A stretch of 64,000 nt of DNA, from the NCBI GenBank assembly GCA_013265495.1, contig MU057719.1, positions 620,001 through 684,000 on the forward strand, read 5' to 3'. Source of the DNA: Vicugna vicugna (lineage: Eukaryota). Below the pieces are notes generated by a model. That model ran no database searches. It was not told where the DNA came from and saw nothing but the letters and a program-made list of their open reading frames with translations. Positions 57,490 to 64,000 of this stretch are shown piece after piece. How positions within the stretch are numbered: the first letter of the stretch is position 1; each line of letters starts with the position of its first letter. Both the position numbers and the translations under genes were made by a program.

Positions 57490-60400
57490 GTAGGGGCGGG
57501 GAGCAGGCGGGAGCGGGAGGGACTGGATGCAGCGAGGGCCCTGCTCTGGGTTGACAACCCTCCACTTAAGAGAGGCAGCTGAGCTGGAGGGGAATGACAT
57601 GGAGGAAAGGCACGGGGTCTGTCTGGAGATGGACATGCTGGGGGCCCTGCATGCCCCCCGAGTCCCTGGAGAGCCGTGGGGGGAGGAGGGCCAGACGTGG
57701 CCTGGGGGACCCCGGGGGGCGTCGCTGAGACCAGGGCTGAGTCCGGGCAGCTGCCTGCTTAACGAGCAGAGGCCACTTCCCTGGGTGGGACCGCCCGGGA
57801 TGAGGGGCGCCCGCAGGTGCAGAGGGCGGGCGGGGAAGGGGCCATCAGGGTGACACAGAGCAGAGTCCTCCGCGGGCACAGACGCACCGATGACTCTCAT
57901 CCAACTGGCCAGTGGGCATGTATCAAGCACCTCCGGTGGCATGCCCCCAGCGCAGCCAACCTGCCACCTTAACCCTGGGCCACGTTTGCTGGTATCTGTG
58001 GGGGAAAACACTCCCTCTCTGGCCGAGACCCCACTACGAATCTGCGGTCCCTGCACGTGGGGTCGGAAGAAGGTTCAGGCACCATGTGTTTGAGAGCTGT
58101 CACTGCCAGCCCCGCCCACCCCTGCCCCTGCCGTCCCACTGTCCCACCTCAACTGGGCCCGCACAAGCCCTCCCCAGCCAGTACTTCTTCCCCGGCCTCC
58201 CACTCCCCCAGCTCTGCTCTGAAGGGAGCAGCTTCGTGGGTGAAGAGGCTGCCTTTGGGCTTCAGCCGGTCCTGGGTCGGGTCCTGGCCCCATCATCACC
58301 TGCCTTGTAATCTTGGGCACAGAACCATTTGGTGCCACCTTAATGTCTCTATAAAATAGTCTTGGCTGCCTCACAGGCTGCTCAGTTACCCTGTGACAGG
58401 CTCAGCCCAGGGCTCGGTGCATAGTCGGTGCTCGATAAATGGCAGCCTTTGACGTTGTCACTCTGCTCGCTGCCCAAGAGCTGGGAGGCCGTCCTAAAAC
58501 TCAGCTTTGACCCTGTCACCTCCTGCTCATGGACCTCTTGGGGCTCCCCATGGCCTGCAGAGAAATTCTGGGGCCTGCTGCCTGATATTCAGAAGCCTGG
58601 CCTGCAGGGAGAAGCTGGGCAGTGCAGCCGGGCTGGGGCTGACGGCGCCCGGCCCCTCCCCGGCCAGGCCTGCTGTGGCAGCTGCGGCCCAGTGACGTGG
58701 AGGTGGAGCTCCTGGCCCACACGAGGCGCGTGGTGAGCCGCGACCTGGAGGAGGAGACGGGGCTGCACACAGGCTGGATCCAGAACGGGGGCCTGTTTAT
58801 AGCGTCCAACCGGCAGCGCCTGGATGAGTACAAGAGGCTCATGTCGGTGGGTGTGCACCTGCGGGGGTGGGGGCGCACCTGTNNNNNNNNNNNNNNNNNN
58901 NNNNNNNNNNNNNNNNNNNNNNNNNNNNNNNNNNNNNNNNNNNNNNNNNNNNNNNNNNNNNNNNNNNNNNNNNNNNNNNNNNNNNNNNNNNNNNNNNNNN
59001 NNNNNNNNNNNNNNNNNNNNNGGGGGGCACCTGCGGGGGTGGGGGCGCCGGGAGGGGCCAGCAGGTCTGGGCTCAAGCCCTGGAGCTGCCCCTGCTGGCT
59101 GGGCCACCTGCGACAGGCGACTGCCTCTGAGCCTCGGCCTGCTCACCTCTGAAGCAGGACCGCGGTTTACTGAGCCTCAGAGGCGGGAGAGGCCCAGCAA
59201 AGCGGGGTGATTGCCGTGCTCGGTGCTCAGGGAGACCGATGAACGGCGGAATCGCACACCCCAGGAGCGGCCTCCTTAGAACGGGCAGGTCGTTGGGGTT
59301 GGGAGGTGGCCCCTTTCTGCCCCCTCCTTCCCCTTGCTCACCCATCAGCTGGGATGGAGGCGTCCAAAGGTGGCTGCCGGCCTTTCAGCTCAAGTTCTGG
59401 CGCTGCTGAGTGAAGTCTCTGCCACTTTTTATTCTTGACGCTCAGAGAGAGAATCTGATTGGCTCAGCTCTCTCTAGTTGGGCGGAGCCTGTCCTGATGG
59501 GCGGATGCCTGGGCACACTTGATTGGCTGCCCTTGGGCCAAACAATGTGTTGGGGTGTGGTCTGCCACCCCGCGGTCGTGGCTGGGGGGACAGAGGACCA
59601 CGTTGGTCTCTGGGGAGCTGGTCTGACCAGCAAACCTGATCTTCAAGCTCAAAATATTACCCCTGTGGCGGTTATTTTTATTTCTTTTACCTAATAGGTC
59701 CTTATTATTCATGTAAGTTCTTTAGAGGTGCCAAGCACATGAACCATTGTCACCCCATTCACCAGGTGACATTGAGCAGCTGGCCCCGGGTCACAGGGCC
59801 CTTGTCAGAGCTGGATGGAGAAGGCGGGGTGGGCCGAGCCTACTTCCAGCACTTCCTCGTGCTCCTCAGCCTTCGGTGCAACTGGCCTGCGAGATGGGCC
59901 ACGGGGCACTGTGGCTGGCTAAGGCTCCCTGGCAGGGTCAGAGCTGAGCCTTGGAGGCCCAGGTGGGAGGGGAGCGGGGGGAGGGGGTCTGGTCCCTGAG
60001 GACTCAGTTACTTTTCTCCACCTCCCCCTAGTTGGGCAAGGCCTACGGCGTGGAGTCCCACGTGCTGAGCCCGGCAGAGACCAAGGCACTGTATCCGCTG
60101 ATGAATGTGGACGACCTCTTCGGGACCCTGTACGTGCCGCATGACGGTACCATGGACCCCGCCGGCACCTGCTCCACCCTCGCCAGGGCCGCCACTGCCC
60201 GGGGAGCGCAGGTACGATGGCTGCCCAACCCCACATCCCCAGCTCCCAGCCCAGTCCTCCCAAGAGCCCAGAGAGCAGAAGGCCAGAGAACAGGTGAATT
60301 CTCTCTGCGGTGAGACCTTGGGCCAGGTGGGGCCTCTGAGCCTTCGGACCCGCTCCCGCGAAGGCCGGCCACCCTCGGGTCTGCCCGCGATGCCAGCTCT

Positions 60401-61344
60401 CCTCCCTTCCCTGAGGTTCTGGCCCTGCTGGACAAGAGAACCCACCTAAAATCATTTCCTGTAATTTTAACTTTCTTTTGTCTCAAATACACACAGAGTT
60501 GTGGGAAAAATTAGAAAAGACAAATGAGCAAAAAAGAAGAAAGGAGAACCCCCAGAGGCACTCAGTGTTGCCCTTCTGGTTTCACTGCCGGAGCTTCCCT
60601 GTGAGGCCGCGTCTGCCGTCGGAAGGGAGCCAGGCGGCACCGTGTGCACCCCTTCACCAGAGCAGACCGCAAGCTCCTGTCAGCCGCACGAGCCCTCCTT
60701 TTTGTTTTTAATTCACTTTACAAACACAGGCCCTGTACTTGGGGATAAGTTCTCCAAGTCAAGGAGTATTGGCCTTAGTTTCCGTCCTGTGGTCACACAG
60801 CTTCCTTGACGGTGTCACGTGAAGCCTGCCCGAGGAAAAGCAGGGGTCCGGGGCCTGTCTGGACTAGGGGTGGTGAGAGGGTCAGGGAGCCCTCATGGCT
60901 TTGGCAGCAGCTCCTTTCGCTCCCAGGTCATCGAGAACTGCCCAGTGACCGGCATCCGTGTGCGGACGGATGATTTTGGGGTGCGGCGGGTCGCGGCCGT
61001 GGAGACAGAGCATGGCTCCATCCAGACGCCCTGCGTGGTCAACTGTGCAGGTGGGAATGGCCTTCCTCCTGGCTCCTGAGCGGCCACGCTGGCTACTCTC
61101 TAAACTGTCCTTTCTTAGGGATGGGGGCCCAGGGGTGACCTGGGGGAGTCACTGCAGACAGGCCTGCAGAGGTGCCCAGTGCCCACCCGGCTGGCAGCCC
61201 CACCAGGTGTCACAGAGCTGAGCTGTCTGTGCTCTGCCCGCAGGAGTGTGGGCGGGCGCCGTGGGCCAGATGGCTGGAGTCAAGGTCCCGCTGGTGGCCA
61301 TGCACCACGCCTATGTCATCACTGAGCGCATTGAGGGGATCCAG
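57159..61344 (+). CDS. SARDH: Sarcosine dehydrogenase, mitochondrial, partial (first 305 codons; continues beyond window)
   Basis: Five exons (331+179+180+124+101 = 915 nt) in frame; Arg-rich, acid-free transit peptide, VVIGGGSLG dinucleotide-binding motif, TTWHTAG with His108 (covalent FAD site in this family). Confidence 0.97.
58668..58846 (+). CDS. SARDH: SARDH exon 3 ([59 protein letters not shown])
   Basis: ccag/gtgggt; 179 nt. Confidence 0.96.
58855..59046. repeat. G-rich 20-bp minisatellite spanning an assembly gap
   Basis: Identical unit gcacctgcgggggtgggggc at 58855-58874 and 59027-59046, on each side of 139 N (58883-59021). Confidence 0.8.
60032..60211 (+). CDS. SARDH: SARDH exon 4 ([60 protein letters not shown])
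   Basis: ctag/gtacga; 180 nt. Confidence 0.96.
60927..61050 (+). CDS. SARDH: SARDH exon 5 ([42 protein letters not shown])
   Basis: ccag/gtggga; 124 nt. Confidence 0.96.
61244..61344 (+). CDS. SARDH: SARDH exon 6 ([33 protein letters not shown])
   Basis: gcag/gtaagt; 101 nt. Confidence 0.96.
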
Positions 61345-61879
61345 GTAAGTAGGTGGTCCCAGGCACTGTGGGGACCTGGCCCTGAACCCCAGCACTCACA
61401 GGTGGCATGACCTGCGTGGGTTCCCTCACCTCCCTGAGCATCAGTGTCCTCACCTGTGAAATGGGCACGTGGCCCTGGCTGTGTCGGGTGGTGTGAGAAA
61501 GCAGTGGTAGCACAGGCCTCGCCGAGGGTGCTGGCCCCTGGGCCTCGAGGTGTGGCTTCCCACTGGCACCCGAGCCTTTCCTGCGTGGTGCGGCCAGTCT
61601 GGCTTTGGCTGTGCTCTGTGCCCCAGGTGTCTCTGGGAACCCCTGAGTGCTCACCTGCTCCCAGACATGCCCTGGGTGCCAGTCTGGGAGGGCACACTCC
61701 CCAGACCTCAGAGCCTCCCGGGAGCCCTGGAGGCACCTCTGCCAAGGGAGGCACGGGGTGAGGGGCCTGCATGCCCCCTGTCCTCTCTCCTCTCCTCCCC
61801 TGTCGTCTCCCCTCTCCTGTGCTGGTGGCTGGTACCTTCCTATCACCTTGTCACTGACCGCTTCTCTTTCCTTCCTCTC

Positions 61880-62130
61880 CATCCATAGTCCCCCCATTCA
61901 TTTCCTTCCTTTTGTCCATCTCACCATGCTCCACCCGTTCATCCTTTCCTCCCTCCAGCCCCTCATCCATCCGTCCATCAGTTCATCTGTTTATCCATCC
62001 ATTCATCTGTCCACCCTCCTTGTATCTAGCCATCCGTCACTCCCTCTACCCATTCGTCTCTCCCGTCACCCACTCCTGCATTTGTTCGCCATCCGTACAT
62101 GTATTAATCCATCTAACCCCGCCCATCATT
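61880..62130. repeat. Degenerate (CCAT)n/CT-rich low-complexity tract running into an L2-like tail
   Basis: ccatccgtccatcagttcatctgtttatccatccattcatctgtcc...; followed by gctctgtgctccaggccctgttctag. Confidence 0.65.
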
Positions 62131-63729
62131 GACTGGGTAGGCTCTGTGCTCCAGGCCCTGTTCTAGAAACTGGGGCCCTAACAGAGATGAGGACCTAGCT
62201 CTTGCCCAGGTGAGCTGGGGGGAGGGTACAGACCAGTAAGTACACTCACTTATTTCAAAGCAGTCTGACGGGGCCCCTAGGGGGCTAGCCCAGGGGCCAC
62301 TGGGGCTCCTGGCCTGTGGACCAGGGAGGCTGCCTAGCAGAGGCCACATCTGAAGGGTCTTCTGAGGGATCTGAAGGGTGGCAGAGAAGGGATGAGGGGG
62401 AGAAGGGGGGGCCCGGAAACGCAGGCAGTTCAGACGGGCGCTGGAGGGCTGAGTGTGGGGAGAGTGAAAGGCCAGGTGGACCTTGTTTAGAGTCGGACCC
62501 CAGCAAAGCGGGTCCTGGAGCCTCGTCCCTGCCCTGGACAAGCCTGGCTTCCCTCTGGCCACCAGGCTGGCCGCTAGTGGACCTAGTGGTGGCGGGGATG
62601 GGGAGCCGGGGCGGGCCCCTTGGCATAGGGCTCCCCGTTCATGGACGCGTTTGCCGCAATGCAGCTCACACGGCCTGGGCGCTGCCGTGGGCCCCGCTGG
62701 GCGGGGCTCCAGGACAGAGGAATCTCCCGCCCGTGGTAGGACCAGTCCCGGCCCGCTTCTGTGGGAATGTCCCCGGTGGCCGCCAGGGGTCGCCCTCAGG
62801 CCGCAGTGGGCTCTGAGGAGCTGGGCTACAGCTCGGGTGGGGGCAGAGCAGGGCTGTCTGTGTCCTGGGAGGAGGCCCTCCAGGCGTCCACAGAGCCCCA
62901 GACCCCCCAGACCAGGGCCTCAGTCTCTCCATCCCCCGATGTGTCTGATGCCGGGCACGGAGGCACCTTTTAGGAAGAAGCAGAGATTTCAGGAGGGGGC
63001 CCAGGGACCCTCTCCATGAATTTTCAGGTCAGAGCCAAGCTGGGGCATTCATGTTAGTCACGGACGCTGCCCCCGCACAGGCACCCTGCGTGCCGCTGGG
63101 AGCCCCAGGCTGCACTGGGGCAGCAGGAGAGGGTCGCCAGCCCCCGGGTCTCTGGGCAGGAGAAGAGAGGAGACCTGGGGCCGGGGGCAAGGTTCCCCAC
63201 GCTCTGCTCCTCCTGCGGAGTCCGGGAGGCCAGCCCTCCCGGGGCCGCACCCGGGCAGTCTGAGTCTGGGAGAGGAGCAGGCCTCTGACGCCGGCCTCAC
63301 ATGGCCTGACCCCTTGGTGGCTCAGCTCCCTGGCTTGGCAGTCTGACACTGCAGGATGCCGTCTGTCCCGAGCTAGGCTGCACGGCCCTGGGGGCCTGGA
63401 CGCCCTGGCGCTGGCCGGTGACGGCTCAGGTCTCAGCCGCCGAACCACGTGCTCTTCGTCCTTCTTCCTGGGTGGTCAGAGGGCTGTGCTGCCCCAGGGA
63501 CCCCCAGTTCTGAGGAGCTGTCCCAGCCCTGGTCCTAGCGGATGCTGTCCCGGCTGCTCTGAGAGCGCCTCACTTCCTCTCCGGCCCCGGTCTCTGCGTC
63601 GTCAAGCACAGTGGGCCTGGGGCTCCCTGCTGGGCTCGCAGCCTCCCCGGCCTCCGCCTGCCCGTGCAGAAGCGTTGTGCTGGGGCGCAGGGTTTGCATC
63701 CCGAGCCGTGCGACACCCAGCCGGGTGAG

Positions 63730-63885
63730 GCAAGGTGCTGCCTGAGACTCAGTTTCCTGTTTTTGAAAACTGGGTGATAATTGTAGCTACCACATAGGGC
63801 TGTGAGGCGGGAGGAACCACGTGACAGAGCTGCAGGGCTGAGCACAGTGCTGGCCCGTAGCAGGTGCTCACTAGGTGGCAGCCAT
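63730..63885. mobile_element. MIR fragment
   Basis: ctcagtttcctgtttttgaaaactgggtgataattgtagctaccacatagggctgtgagg...gcacagtgctggcccgtagcaggtgctca. Confidence 0.7.
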
Positions 63886-64000
63886 GGGGAGGACCACGAT
63901 GACCGCGACGAAGGGCCTGGGAAGGTCCAGCCAGCTGTGCTTCACAGGAAGAGACCTGGGAAGGCTGGAGCCATCAGGCGGGCTTCCTAGAGGAAGCAGC

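Noticed and set aside
57140-58695. Alternative reading frame open across SARDH exon 2
   Set aside because: Weak Kozak at ATG 57197, stops early in exon 3 (TGA 58693-58695), and is typical of GC-rich coding sequence.
1-64000. CRISPR arrays, operons, rRNA, snoRNA or miRNA genes
   Set aside because: Eukaryotic intron-exon locus. No repeat-spacer array or recognisable structured RNA gene was seen by eye; an Infernal/Rfam scan would be needed to exclude small RNAs.

Overview
Mammalian genomic DNA from a GC-rich isochore, most likely a camelid (Vic-1-type tRNA-derived SINE at 56209-56356). It holds two head-to-tail genes on the + strand. (1) The 3' part of VAV2: 26 coding exons from 915 to 40864, all with GT-AG boundaries. 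They sum to 2188 nt (1 nt plus 728 codons plus stop) and encode acidic region, DH, PH, C1, SH3, SH2 and SH3, followed by a ~2.1 kb 3'UTR ending at AATAAA 42955-42960. (2) The 5' part of SARDH (sarcosine dehydrogenase): a candidate non-coding first exon near 54.9-55.0 kb and five coding exons, 57159-61344 (305 codons); the gene continues past the window. The spacer is mostly relic L1 and MaLR sequence. There is a 139-N assembly gap inside a G-rich minisatellite at the SARDH exon 3 donor. Exon numbers follow my recollection of the human gene models. No prokaryotic-type system (CRISPR etc.) is present, and the long six-frame ORFs look like GC-content artefacts. The most interesting and untested signals are: an NRF1 + Sp/KLF promoter signature inside VAV2 just before an optimal-Kozak ATG that could give a GEF-less SH2-SH3 product; divergent near-consensus CTCF sites; and a set of microexons, including a frame-coupled 17+22 nt pair. 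All regulatory claims are motif-based inference.
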